Source of the DNA: Candidatus Borrarchaeum weybense
Lineage (GTDB): Archaea; Asgardarchaeota; Sifarchaeia; Borrarchaeales; Borrarchaeaceae
NCBI GenBank assembly: GCA_019057385.1
Contig: JAHQJS010000006.1
Span: 900,536 to 964,535 of the forward strand
Reading direction: 5' to 3'
Length of the DNA stretch: 64,000 bases
The position numbers and the translations under genes were made by a program. Of the stretch, positions 30,374 to 40,905 are shown one piece after another (within the stretch, counting starts at the first letter, position 1; each line of letters opens with the position of its first letter). Below the pieces are notes generated by a model. It searched no databases and was not told the DNA's origin. It worked only from the letters and a program-made list of their open reading frames with translations.

Positions 30374-30868
30374 TTAAATTTCTTCAGGATATGCAATCTT
30401 TCCAAGGATTTTATCAAAATTGAAATACAGTACATTAGCTTCTGGCAAATGTTCTTTAAAGAATGATAAATCGTCTCTTGAAATAGCTAAAAACATGAAC
30501 ACGGATTTTGTATGTTCTTTAATCTGCTGATTCATTCTTGTTAAAGCCACAGAAACAGTCTGTCTCACTTCGTCAGATGGAATAGAAAAATCATCAACAC
30601 AATAAATTAGGTTATTTTCCATTGCTTCTATTTCTGCATTAATCGTCTCAAGAAGTGTTCTTGCTTTTTCGTGACGAAATATGATTTCTTCATACACCAT
30701 ATTTGGATATAATTTTGACAATATTTTCTTATAGAACCCCTCAAGATTGTTTTTTAGCCAGTGGGTTCTACCAGATCCATACGCACCACACAATAAATAT
30801 GTGCGAGACATACCCTTCTCAAGAGCGTTTAAAAATTCCATTTCAAATTCATGAATTTGATATTCCAT
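30374..30868 (-). CDS. Hypothetical small P-loop-like protein
   Basis: [12 protein letters not shown] (Walker A-like) and IYCVDD (Walker B-like). Confidence 0.55.
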   Translation of the reverse strand: MEYQIHEFEMEFLNALEKGMSRTYLLCGAYGSGRTHWLKNNLEGFYKKILSKLYPNMVYEEIIFRHEKARTLLETINAEIEAMENNLIYCVDDFSIPSDEVRQTVSVALTRMNQQIKEHTKSVFMFLAISRDDLSFFKEHLPEANVLYFNFDKILGKIAYPEEI

Positions 30869-30998
30869 TAGACTCCCTCACAAAAATCAGTAAACTATAT
30901 TTATCTAGGTTTCAGTTTAAAACATTTTTTGTATAGGAAAATCAGCAAAGAACCCATATTGTTGAAAGGATGAATTTAAGGCCTAATGAAGGAATAAA

Positions 30999-31745
30999 CT
31001 AACTTTTCTTGTCCCCATTAACTGTCAATAAATCATTACGGGTGATATTTCCGTTATGAAGAGCTGTAGCAATTAAGACTCCTGCAAACCCATTTTCTTC
31101 CAAGAAATGAATATCGTCGATGTAACGGATTCCTCCACCCGTGATAACAGAAATATCTACATTATCAACGATTTCTTTTGCAATAGTAATGTTTGGTCCT
31201 CTCTCACTTCCCACTTTAGAAAGATCTAAGACAATACACTCTTGTATGCCCAACTCTAAGCCATATTCTGCAATTGATCTTGGATTTAACTGTATAATTT
31301 CTTTTGAACTAGCTAGAATTTTGTTATCCATTGTATCGATGCTCAAAATGAGTTTGCTTCCGTTAACTTGGTCTACTATTATTTCTAATTCGCTAAGTCC
31401 AGACAGCGTCTCAGTCGCAATAATAATATGGTCAATATTTGTAGATATAACATTCAAGATATCATCCATTGAACGTATACCACAGTCAAGCATAAGATTA
31501 AGGAGCGTATTTTGCTTTATCTTGAGAATTTCTTTAAGATTTGAGTAATCGTGATGTGAAATAGCATCAAGATCAGCAATATACAGCTCTTTTAATTGAA
31601 GTTTATCTTCAAACGCGTAAGCTACAGTTAAAGGGTCTGCGGAATGACATAAAACGCTCTTAATTGGCTTATACTTTTTCCGTTCACCCATTTGTCCATG
31701 AACCACGATACCCTTCATCAAATCAATTACTGGAATTATACGCAT
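30999..31745 (-). CDS. HisA/HisF-related TIM-barrel protein (C1-cofactor-associated subfamily)
   Basis: IIPVIDLMKGIVVHGQMGER..YKP, LYIADLDAI, VLDLSKVGSERG, GGGIR, ATALHNG. Confidence 0.85.
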   Translation of the reverse strand: MRIIPVIDLMKGIVVHGQMGERKKYKPIKSVLCHSADPLTVAYAFEDKLQLKELYIADLDAISHHDYSNLKEILKIKQNTLLNLMLDCGIRSMDDILNVISTNIDHIIIATETLSGLSELEIIVDQVNGSKLILSIDTMDNKILASSKEIIQLNPRSIAEYGLELGIQECIVLDLSKVGSERGPNITIAKEIVDNVDISVITGGGIRYIDDIHFLEENGFAGVLIATALHNGNITRNDLLTVNGDKKS

Positions 31746-31857
31746 TTCGTTCCCTCTAAACGAGAAATCTGATTAATTGATTAAATTTGAAGCAAACTCT
31801 AATCTAAATACTTATGGATTGCTTAGCTAAAATCTTGTTTGATTTTTATTGACAAAA

Positions 31858-32101
31858 AATTTTAAATAAGTGCGTTACGTTACTCACCCAGATAAGCAGT
31901 CTCGATGAAAAAGTTGTCAGAGGGATAGTTTTGGAGATCGAACACAAAATAGAGGATTGTAGTCTAGAGGAGTTAGATGAAAAAATAGACGAAAAGATCA
32001 AAGAAGAGATTAAAGGGTTTATTTTTAATGGCAAGATTGAGATCAAAAAAGGAAATGATAGTTACATTGTAATTATTGGTTATGATCCAGTTGAGAAATA
32101 A
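31858..32101 (+). CDS. Possible small acidic protein absent from the ORF track (start uncertain)
   Basis: Stop-free frame ...SLDEKVVRGIVLEIEHKIEDCSLEELDEKIDEKIKEEIKGFIFNGKIEIKKGNDSYIVIIGYDPVEK*. Confidence 0.4.
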
Positions 32102-32252
32102 ATTAATTGAAAACCTATTTTTTTAGAGTATTAGACAACTATATTTAACATATCTTCTAGTATTAACAAAATCATCGAAGTTGTCATCACGAGCACAATT
32201 TCAGTGATATTTTTTGTATATTAGTTTTTAGTATTGTGAAGAAGGTGACTTT

Positions 32253-33491
32253 ACGAACATTCTAGTTGTTGAATACATCTCATCAGGCGGTTTTGTTGAC
32301 ACAGATATACCTAGCATACTTTTTCCAGAAGGATTCGGGATGCTTAATTCTGTAACTCGCGATCTTAAGCATTGTGGGCATAATGTGATTATTCCATTGG
32401 ATTTCAGAATAGATAACTATCGGTCGTTTCTCAATGTAGATGAGGTCAAAATAGTTACCCAAGAAAGGTCGCTCCATTATACACTGGAGACATTAGATCC
32501 TGATGCGATATTGATTATCGCCCCTGAAGTTTCTCATATTTTATACAACTTAAGAAAACTTGCTGAACAACTAGAAATACCTTTATTAGATTCATCCTCA
32601 AAGGCAACTAAGATTGCATCAAATAAGGTTCAAACGGAAGATATACTGAAAAAGAGAGGAATTTCAGTACCAGAGACCGTAATTTGTGAAATATCAGATG
32701 ATTTAGAGTACATCAAAGAGAGTTTGGAAGAGATTGGCTATCCTTTGATATTCAAGCCTATTGATGGTGTTGGATGCGGTGGTTTAAGTCTAGTAATGCA
32801 AGAAAAACAAATATCTAAAGCAATTCTTGATATACAGCTAAATTCGACACAAAATCGATTCATTGTGCAGAAATATATAGAAGGCACTCCTGCAAGCATA
32901 AATTGCATTTCTAATGGAAAGTATGCATTACCCGTCAGTTTCAATGCACAATTTATTACGTTTAACTCTTTTAATGGAAAATCAGAGTATGAAGGAGGCT
33001 TCACTCCTTTTCATCATGAGTTAGAGGAAAAGGCCAAGAAAGTTGTTATGCGCTTTCCAGACTATTTTCCTGGTTTATTGGGGTATTTTGGTGTAGATCT
33101 AATCTTTACAAAGGATGAAGTAGTCTTTATTGAAATTAATCCACGTATTACGACTTCATATATAGGTGCAAAAGCAGCAATTCAAGAAAACATAATGAAT
33201 CTTGTGATAAAAGCCGTATTTTTAGAGCAACTTCCTAAGGAGATTGTTCCTGAACAATTTGCTTTTTTTAAGAGGATATCATTAAATCCAGATGGTGTCA
33301 CTTTAATTCCTTTAGAGTTCTTTCAAAAACCAGAAATCATAGCCCCCCCTTATTACGATTTAGGCAGGCAAGAAGAGGCATCATTCTTTGTGAATGTGAT
33401 CGGTGGATCTTTAGAGTCATGTAAATCTCAATTTCTAGCTCTAGAGCGAGATATTCACAGTAAGGTAAATTCTGCCACGACTATAGACTAA
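32253..33491 (+). CDS. mfnD: ATP-grasp ligase, probable tyramine-L-glutamate ligase
   Basis: IIAPE, KPIDGVGCGG, QKYIEG, GYFGVD, IEINPRITTSY. The family-like N-terminus NILVVEYISSGG...EGFGML lies upstream of the called ATG. Confidence 0.8.
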   Translation, partial: TNILVVEYISSGGFVDTDIPSILFPEGFGMLNSVTRDLKHCGHNVIIPLDFRIDNYRSFLNVDEVKIVTQERSLHYTLETLDPDAILIIAPEVSHILYNLRKLAEQLEIPLLDSSSKATKIASNKVQTEDILKKRGISVPETVICEISDDLEYIKESLEEIGYPLIFKPIDGVGCGGLSLVMQEKQISKAILDIQLNSTQNRFIVQKYIEGTPASINCISNGKYALPVSFNAQFITFNSFNGKSEYEGGFTPFHHELEEKAKKVVMRFPDYFPGLLGYFGVDLIFTKDEVVFIEINPRITTSYIGAKAAIQENIMNLVIKAVFLEQLPKEIVPEQFAFFKRISLNPDGVTLIPLEFFQKPEIIAPPYYDLGRQEEASFFVNVIGGSLESCKSQFLALERDIHSKVNSATTID

Positions 33492-33574
33492 TCATTATTA
33501 AGTAAGCTATATGAGATAGAAAAAGTTTTTAATGATTTTTTGAGATACAACCATTAAAACCATTTCAAGGGATA

Positions 33575-34551
33575 CTAGCTGCCATAGATTTCCATAAACC
33601 ACTTTACAGTATCTTTCATGGCCTCTTCAAAGGGCATTGGTTTCCAATCTAACTGCTTTTCAGCTTTTGATGAATCTACTACGAATCCACCGTCCGCCAG
33701 AAAACGAGCTGCAACTCTGTCAATAAATGGTTTCTTACCTGTAAATGCCGCCTTTATTTCTTGGAGAACGACATAAGTTTTCAACATCATTTTTCCAGAA
33801 GTTCTTTTAGGTTTCGGAATTCCTGTGAGCTTTTCTAGCATGTCGAACATTTCTCCTATCGTCTTGACATATGCTCCAAAGAGATACGACTCCTTTGGTT
33901 GCCCTTTCTCGATTGCAAGTTTTATACCATCTACTACATCTTTTACATGAACAAACGTGAATTTTTTATCCGGCATTGGAATGGCGGGCATATCTCCTTT
34001 TATGTAATTCATTATAAATTGACCAGTAAATTTAGTATCTCCTGGGCCTATTACTCCACAAGGCATAACTGTAATTGTATCTAATCCCTCAGCACAACAT
34101 TGCTGCCAAAGTTTATGTGCTAAATGCTTTGTTTCTTCGTAATATGAAAGAAACTTACCAGGATGTTCAGAAGTTTCTGTCATTACCTTATCTTGATGAC
34201 CTAATGCTTCTTCAGTGCTACAATAAACAGATTTTGGTACTTCAAGTTCTTGTAAAAGATCGAAAACGTTTTGGGTGCCAACTACATTTGCGTTATACAT
34301 CTGTTTTTCATCAACTTTGCCAATTTCGTACATTGCTGCAAAATGCATAACCATGTCTACATCTTTCATGGCGTTACGCATCGATTCTATGTCTGTTACC
34401 GAACCTTCAATCATATCTATACCAACTCTACTAATCTTTTAATATCACTTGTTGGGCGAATTAAGCAAGTAAGATTATGTCCATCTTTCATTAATTGTTC
34501 AACTAAATAACTTCCAATAAAGCCTGTCCCTCCAGTTAGAAAAATATCCAT
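33575..34551 (-). pseudogene. NAD-dependent epimerase/dehydratase (extended SDR) with a 1-nt frameshift
   Basis: GGAGGT RBS + MDIFLTGGTGFIG from 34551 stops near 34419; the YEETK catalytic part continues in another frame. Confidence 0.8.
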
Positions 34552-34793
34552 GTAAGACCTCCTAAGAATAAAATGCAACTTTTCATTATATCTATTTGAA
34601 TCTATAAATATGCATATTCTACAGAATAAACTGCTGGCAAAATAATAGAACTCTATTAAGAAAAACTATCGATGATGGAGAATTTGAAGCCTTGGAAAAA
34701 ATGAAGGAGTTACTAGAGCAAAGATTGAAAGAAAAACGAAAGAAAGAAAGAAAGAAAGAAAGTGGATAATTAGTATTGTGTCCATCTTGTTTT

Positions 34794-35423
34794 CTAGAGT
34801 AAGCTTGGAATAATTGAAAGAGATGTACCGACAAAGACTAAAAGGATAAATTGAGCAATAGCTAGAATTCCAAGGATTGTACTAATAACGGGATTTCCTA
34901 ATACCAGGCTAATAAGTTTTAGAGTGTCTTCAAGCCATTTAAATGGCCAATAGAACAGCGCTCCAACTACTACAAAGGCTACGCCAAGTACCCACCAATA
35001 CCCTGTCAAAGAAACGCTGAAATAGTTGAATATCAATATGACAGCACCAACACCTATGAGACCTCCTATCAGTCCTATTAAAGCGGCCCACGGAAACTTT
35101 GTTATTGGTTTTAATATTTGTGCTATACCGATTGCTAAAAGTAAACCAATTGTTGCGCCATCACCGAGCCATACTGGTGGAATTATTAGTGTAAATGCAG
35201 TAGCAGGTGTTATCCAAGTAGCTACTGCTGTTATGACGCAGGCAATGCCAATTATTGGTCCGCAAGCAGAGAAAAACTTAATCGCGTTATATCCAAATCT
35301 TTCTTCTTCACTGACACCATCCCAGTCTATTCCCTTTAAGGTTAGCCAAGATGTAGCTAGCGCTCCTGCTATTAGAAGAACAAAAGGAGCACTTATCGCT
35401 AAGATTGTAATTCCATCTGCCAT
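34794..35423 (-). CDS. Hypothetical integral membrane protein
   Basis: About six hydrophobic helices. Confidence 0.7.
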   Translation of the reverse strand: MADGITILAISAPFVLLIAGALATSWLTLKGIDWDGVSEEERFGYNAIKFFSACGPIIGIACVITAVATWITPATAFTLIIPPVWLGDGATIGLLLAIGIAQILKPITKFPWAALIGLIGGLIGVGAVILIFNYFSVSLTGYWWVLGVAFVVVGALFYWPFKWLEDTLKLISLVLGNPVISTILGILAIAQFILLVFVGTSLSIIPSLL

Positions 35424-35615
35424 AGTTTTTTCCTCTTTTTTCTTTAAATGGTGCCATTCGCAAACCTATTAATAATTTTTTCGGCATCTTTAATATAAGC
35501 TTTGTAAATTAAGTTTTATACAGTTTCGTACAACTATTAATAATATGCATTCGTTAACATAGGTTTCTCAATTTTTAGTTAATTTTATAATAAAAACCAC
35601 CTTAATACATTCATT

Positions 35616-36299
35616 ATGTCAAACTTTATTGATTTAAGTCACGATTTTGAAGACAATATGCCTGGTTTTAAACTCAAGAATGAAGATGGAACAATTACAC
35701 AATATACTGCAAAGATCCATCCATTCTTAACACATGAACAAACGAAATCAAAATACAAAGATAATTGTTCGTTTGAGATCACAGAGATGACATTTCAAAC
35801 CTCGGTTGGAACGTATCTTGATTCCCCATTTCATCGATACCCAGATGGCAGAGATATCAGTGAAATAATGATTGACGAAGTAATTTTGCCTGGCGTGGTT
35901 ATCGTTGTTAGAGGTAGACGTGAATTTGATGCTGTTGGCACAGAAATAGTCAATAGTAATTTAGATTTAAAAGGCAAAGCTGTGCTTTTCAATTTCGGAT
36001 GGGATAAATATTGGGGAACTGAGCAATATCAGTCTTATCCATTCATTTCTAAAGAACTCATTAAATACCTAATTAAATCAGGCGTTAAACTTGTTGGTGT
36101 CGATACCGTGAATATTGATAATTTCAAAGATTTAACCAGACCTGCCCATACTTTATTCCTAAAAGAAGAAATTTTCATTGTTGAAAACTTAATGAACTTG
36201 GATAAACTTTATGATAAAAACTTCAGATTCTTTGCTGTCCCTCTTAAAGGCAAAAAAGTTGCAGCAATGCCAATAAGGGCGTTTGCTGAGATTCTGTGA
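35616..36299 (+). CDS. Cyclase / kynurenine formamidase family metal hydrolase
   Basis: IDLSH, GTYLDSPFH, VGVDT, H..FL...IFIVENL, P.RAFA. Confidence 0.85.
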   Translation: MSNFIDLSHDFEDNMPGFKLKNEDGTITQYTAKIHPFLTHEQTKSKYKDNCSFEITEMTFQTSVGTYLDSPFHRYPDGRDISEIMIDEVILPGVVIVVRGRREFDAVGTEIVNSNLDLKGKAVLFNFGWDKYWGTEQYQSYPFISKELIKYLIKSGVKLVGVDTVNIDNFKDLTRPAHTLFLKEEIFIVENLMNLDKLYDKNFRFFAVPLKGKKVAAMPIRAFAEIL

Positions 36300-36529
36300 A
36301 TTAAGATTAAATCGAAACGACACAAAAAATGATTCTTTTGGCGAATTTTGCAATGATATTCATCCAAAAAATTCAATCATCAACTAAACGTTTTTATAAG
36401 GATTAAAATAAATATAAATCTCTGTCTCTGTTGCTGTCTTAACCGTTACGAAACACCGTCTCCATAGTAAAATGATCGCATTAAATATATAGTAGTTTAA
36501 TTATCCCAAGTCTATTTGGAGGACTTTTT

Positions 36530-37945
36530 TTGAGAATCATCTTGGTTTATCCATCCAATCCGAGTGTTAAACGCGAATTTATCAGTTTAGAAGGCTCATG
36601 GCCGCCCATTGGTTTGCTCTACATAGCAACATGTTTGAAAGAAACTGGACACGATGTCAAAATTTTTGACAACAGTACTCATGGATTTTCTGCAGAAAGA
36701 TTAGCCCATTGGATTACATCTCAAGATCCAGATCTTGTTGGTTTTAGCACGCTAACAGTTACTACACTTTTTGCAGATAAAGTAGCTGAATTGTTAAAAG
36801 AGAAACTACCTGATGTACCTGTCGTTTATGGAGGATATCATGCTACAATAAATCATGAGCGAATCGTAAAAGAACAGCCATTTATTGATTTTGTGGTCAG
36901 AGGCGAAGGCGAACATATTGCGGTTGAACTTGCAGATGCCCTTGAATCAAGAAAAAACATCGAGGACATAAGAGGCATTACTTACAGAGAACATGGTCGA
37001 GTAATCGTAAATCAGGATAGCCCACTTATTGAAGATGTCAATTCGATCCCATTTCCAGACCGTAGTCTTTTGCAAGGCGAGTATCTTGGAGTTGTCAATA
37101 ATTTTCGAACTACAGTCAAAAAATTTACTACAGTTATGAGCAGCAGAGGATGTCCATATAATTGCACATTTTGTGCTGCTTCAACTCATGGTCGTAGAAA
37201 ATGGAGAGGTCGTTCGGCTGAAAATATAATAGAGGAACTTTCTTACCTAAAGGATCAGGGGTTTGGACAAATCTACTTCGTCGATGACAGTTTCACCGTA
37301 AACGCTTCAAGAGTAAAAGAACTTTGTAAACAAATGAAGAAAGAGAAGTTGGACATATATTGGGCAACTGAAACAAGGGTAGATCTAGCTGGAAAGGAAA
37401 TGCTGTGGGCGATGAAACAAGCAGGTTGTAATGCGTTGTATTTCGGGATAGAGAGTGCTATCCCTTGGATTCTTGAATATTATAAGAAAAGGATAACACC
37501 TCAAATGGCTAAACAAGCAATTAAGAATTGTAATGAAACGGGTATGGATTCCTTTGCTTCATTTATCTTGGGAGCACCAGGAGAAACTGTAGCGGAAATG
37601 TGGACCACTCTTAGATTTGCGTCAAAGATTGGAGTGGACATTCCTGATTTTCATATGCTGGGTGCAGCGCCTGGTATGCCTATTTGGGACGAATTAGTGC
37701 ATCAGGGTTATATAGATGAAGACAAATATTGGCGAACCGGTGTTGCGGTTCCTGATATAGTACCGAAAGCTGTTTCACGCGAAAAAATAAGTGAATTAAT
37801 TAAAAGAGGCTTCCGTCTTTTCTTAGCAAGCCCCAGATATCTCACAAGGCAATTAAAAAAGACTTATATGAATTCTTTTAGACGTGAAGTTATAAAGGTA
37901 AATACAAGTTTGAATAGCCTTCGAAGATTTATAAATTTCTACTAA
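36530..37945 (+). CDS. B12-binding radical SAM protein
   Basis: PPIGLLYIA, GGYHAT, RGEGE, SRGCPYNCTFC, FGIES. Confidence 0.92.
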   Translation: MRIILVYPSNPSVKREFISLEGSWPPIGLLYIATCLKETGHDVKIFDNSTHGFSAERLAHWITSQDPDLVGFSTLTVTTLFADKVAELLKEKLPDVPVVYGGYHATINHERIVKEQPFIDFVVRGEGEHIAVELADALESRKNIEDIRGITYREHGRVIVNQDSPLIEDVNSIPFPDRSLLQGEYLGVVNNFRTTVKKFTTVMSSRGCPYNCTFCAASTHGRRKWRGRSAENIIEELSYLKDQGFGQIYFVDDSFTVNASRVKELCKQMKKEKLDIYWATETRVDLAGKEMLWAMKQAGCNALYFGIESAIPWILEYYKKRITPQMAKQAIKNCNETGMDSFASFILGAPGETVAEMWTTLRFASKIGVDIPDFHMLGAAPGMPIWDELVHQGYIDEDKYWRTGVAVPDIVPKAVSREKISELIKRGFRLFLASPRYLTRQLKKTYMNSFRREVIKVNTSLNSLRRFINFY

Positions 37946-38172
37946 GCTCGATTAAAAGCCTTAATTAGGTTAATGTGAATTACTGACCTTGTGGAAGGAA
38001 TTTTCTCACCGTTATAAAATAAAGTAAATAGTTACTTTCAGATGTTGAAAGAAGGAAAGAGTTTAGTTTGTACATAAGAGAAAAACTAAGGGGCCCAGAG
38101 TTTCTGCCCGCAAGAGACACAAAACTTGCTTCTAAGCTTATTCACAGTGCCACATTTAGGACAGAAGGTGTA

Positions 38173-39606
38173 TTAATGAGTAGATTTTTCTGTCACCTTC
38201 AGCGCTTCGGAGATCACTTCTTGCTTTCTTTGCTTGCGGAATACGATAATTATTGTATAAACAAAGAGACCTAATGTAAGGCCCATGAGCTCTAAAAAGG
38301 AGGTTATATTTAAAAAGAGTTCTGTGAATTCCGATCCTATTGCCGTACCACTAACTGAAAACAACCCCCCTATTATAAAAATTATTCCAAAAAAGGTTAA
38401 TAGGAGTAATATCAACCCACTTATAGAATTACGGTACGCATTTGGAACATCAGTATTGAGGGGCGTGTCCTCAAATACTTTATCATATTTCTCATTCTGA
38501 ATATCCTCTTCGGACTTAATGTTGAACTCTTGCAGTTTTTTATCCCATGCAGCATAATATTTTCGTAATTTATCACCATAGTCATCCAAAGCACCTTGAA
38601 TGTAGAAGAAACCCATTGCTATAAGTGAAATAATTGGGCCCAGGAAATAATATGATGTCCCACCACTGGTATCTAACTGAGCTAACCCAATAAGTGAAAT
38701 TATAGTTCCCAATTCTGCTTGTATTGAATCTATAATGCCTGGAATAACAATAACCGTCAAAAATGTTAAAGACGCTGAAACTTGACTGGCAGTATATCCC
38801 ACTCGCCAGTTTCTCTTTAGAATTGTAAAAATCCCAATCAAACATAGGAATCCGTATAGGATTTGAGCCTCCAAACGCCAAAATCCCGCTTCGCTGCCAA
38901 AAATACTTCGAATTTCACCAGCAAAAATCAATAGACTGATGAATAATATCCAAGGTAAAGGGAGAAAAATAAAAAACCAATAATTTTGTTGCTGAAATTT
39001 TTCTGAATATCTTGCTTCAAACATCTGCATAGTTCCTTTAGCGGCAATAAATGCTGTAATGAACAGAAGAACGAAAATTAAGTAAAAAGAACTCCAAATC
39101 GCTATAGTATATATAGTAAGTAGCGCAAATAATATTTCCTGCACAATAAGAGTTTCAGCAAGTGCTATAAGGACTAAAAGAGATACAAAGATAAAAATTC
39201 CAACTCTTATTAATAAACGGCGTCCTTTTCTATCCTTTAAATCAGGATAATACCAATATTTCATTTTTAGTAGTGGGTTTTTTTCCGGAAATAAGTTGTA
39301 TTTTCTGTCATTCCAATAGAAACGTGCTAGTTCTATTAAAATAAATAGAAACAATACCAAAAAAAACGGGAAAACATAAAGACCTAAGCGTAAAATAAGG
39401 TCAATTTTTCCAAATGTAGCAATTGTCAAAGATATAGCTGTATAGGTAATAATCATCGAACTAAATAAAACAGCTATTAGTTTCAATAGATAACGAGTTT
39501 CACGCGTCTGAAGCAAGAATTTTATTCCATCAAAGAAGCGTCGCACAAAAAAGATTTTCTTTTTTTCTGATTCATTTGTAACAGAGATCTCCCCCAAAAC
39601 TTGCAC
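38173..39606 (-). CDS. Hypothetical multi-pass membrane protein
   Basis: Ten or more hydrophobic segments; no family motif recognised. Confidence 0.7.
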   Translation of the reverse strand: MQVLGEISVTNESEKKKIFFVRRFFDGIKFLLQTRETRYLLKLIAVLFSSMIITYTAISLTIATFGKIDLILRLGLYVFPFFLVLFLFILIELARFYWNDRKYNLFPEKNPLLKMKYWYYPDLKDRKGRRLLIRVGIFIFVSLLVLIALAETLIVQEILFALLTIYTIAIWSSFYLIFVLLFITAFIAAKGTMQMFEARYSEKFQQQNYWFFIFLPLPWILFISLLIFAGEIRSIFGSEAGFWRLEAQILYGFLCLIGIFTILKRNWRVGYTASQVSASLTFLTVIVIPGIIDSIQAELGTIISLIGLAQLDTSGGTSYYFLGPIISLIAMGFFYIQGALDDYGDKLRKYYAAWDKKLQEFNIKSEEDIQNEKYDKVFEDTPLNTDVPNAYRNSISGLILLLLTFFGIIFIIGGLFSVSGTAIGSEFTELFLNITSFLELMGLTLGLFVYTIIIVFRKQRKQEVISEALKVTEKSTH

Positions 39607-39837
39607 TTTTTCTTATTAAAACAAATATTAGAGTACTTTTATTCTAGTCTGGTCTTATATAGTTTCTGTTTTTGTTACTGAGTAAGTTTAAGATTTCATC
39701 ATTTGCTAAATTATGTTCAAAGAACTGTTTGTTTTTAATGTTAAATGTAGAATACGAATGAAAATAAGTATGTGAATATTGAGAAATAGGTTTAACATCC
39801 AAAAATCTTTAACTAAATAAATGGAGTTGTCGGCCTT

Positions 39838-40881
39838 TTGACAGATGTAATTGGACTGGATATCGGTGGTGCGAATACAAAAGCGGCATTAATAACATAT
39901 CACGATGGTGAAATTAGCAATATTAAGACAAAGTCGATATACTTTCCAGTATGGAAGCAACGCCATGAACTATTGTCCCTACTGAAGCAACTAAAAACAG
40001 AATTTTGCACTGACAGGATTGATGCTGTCGGAATAGTTATGACGGCAGAGTTATCTGATGCATATCGGACCAAAAGGGAAGGTGTACTTGAAATATTGGA
40101 AATTACTGAAACTGCTTTTGAGGGCAATCAGGTTTATACTATCGATATTTTCGGCAAAATGCATGATATTAAAGATGCAAAACGATCTCCGTTAGATTTT
40201 GCCGCTGCAAACTGGTGTGCCACAGCAAAACTAGTTGCGGAAGCCTTTTCAACTGGCTTGTTTATTGATACAGGGTCGACCACCACAGATATTATACCCT
40301 TTCAAGATGGTACGGTTCTTACATTTGGAAAGAACGACTTAGACCGTCTTATTTCTGGTGAGCTTATTTATACTGGTGCATTACGAACAAATGTGGCAGC
40401 AGTTGTTACGCATGTACCTGTAAAAAACAGACTAGTACGGATATGTCCCGAGTATTTTGCTATTTCAGCAGACGTTCATTTGGTCTTAGGACATATAAAT
40501 TCAGGAGATTATTCATGTGAAACTCCAGATGGACGAGGAAAAACAAAAGAATATGCACTTGAAAGATTAGCACGCACAATCTGTGCTGATATTGAACTTC
40601 TAGAAACAGAAGAACTCGAAAATATTGCTCAATATGTTTATTTAAAGCAAGTTGCAGAGATAAGCAACGGAATTAATCGTGTGACAGCTAATGAAATGAA
40701 TAACATTGATCAAAGATTAGAGTGTATTCTTACCGGGATAGGAAAAGACTTTCTAGCGAAGCCAGCAGCGCAAAAAGTTGGTATCAAACAATTTCACGAC
40801 CTTGATGAAATATGGACAGGAGATCTTGCGTTATGCGCTCCTTCAGCAGCTATTGCAATACTTACAGCAAGGCTTAACTGA
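39838..40881 (+). CDS. mfnF: Hydantoinase/oxoprolinase-like methanofuran biosynthesis protein
   Basis: GLDIGGANTK, YFPVW, MTAELSD, AANW, DTGSTTTDIIP, GELIYTG.LRT, TPDGRGK. Confidence 0.88.
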   Translation: MTDVIGLDIGGANTKAALITYHDGEISNIKTKSIYFPVWKQRHELLSLLKQLKTEFCTDRIDAVGIVMTAELSDAYRTKREGVLEILEITETAFEGNQVYTIDIFGKMHDIKDAKRSPLDFAAANWCATAKLVAEAFSTGLFIDTGSTTTDIIPFQDGTVLTFGKNDLDRLISGELIYTGALRTNVAAVVTHVPVKNRLVRICPEYFAISADVHLVLGHINSGDYSCETPDGRGKTKEYALERLARTICADIELLETEELENIAQYVYLKQVAEISNGINRVTANEMNNIDQRLECILTGIGKDFLAKPAAQKVGIKQFHDLDEIWTGDLALCAPSAAIAILTARLN

Positions 40882-40905
40882 AAAACTTTTTTAGGGTGAT
40901 AACTA

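Noticed and set aside
34727-34762. (GAAA)n tract and short Lys/Glu-rich frame
   Set aside because: Low complexity; on the minus strand it is the T-rich stretch after the 34794 gene, consistent with a terminator
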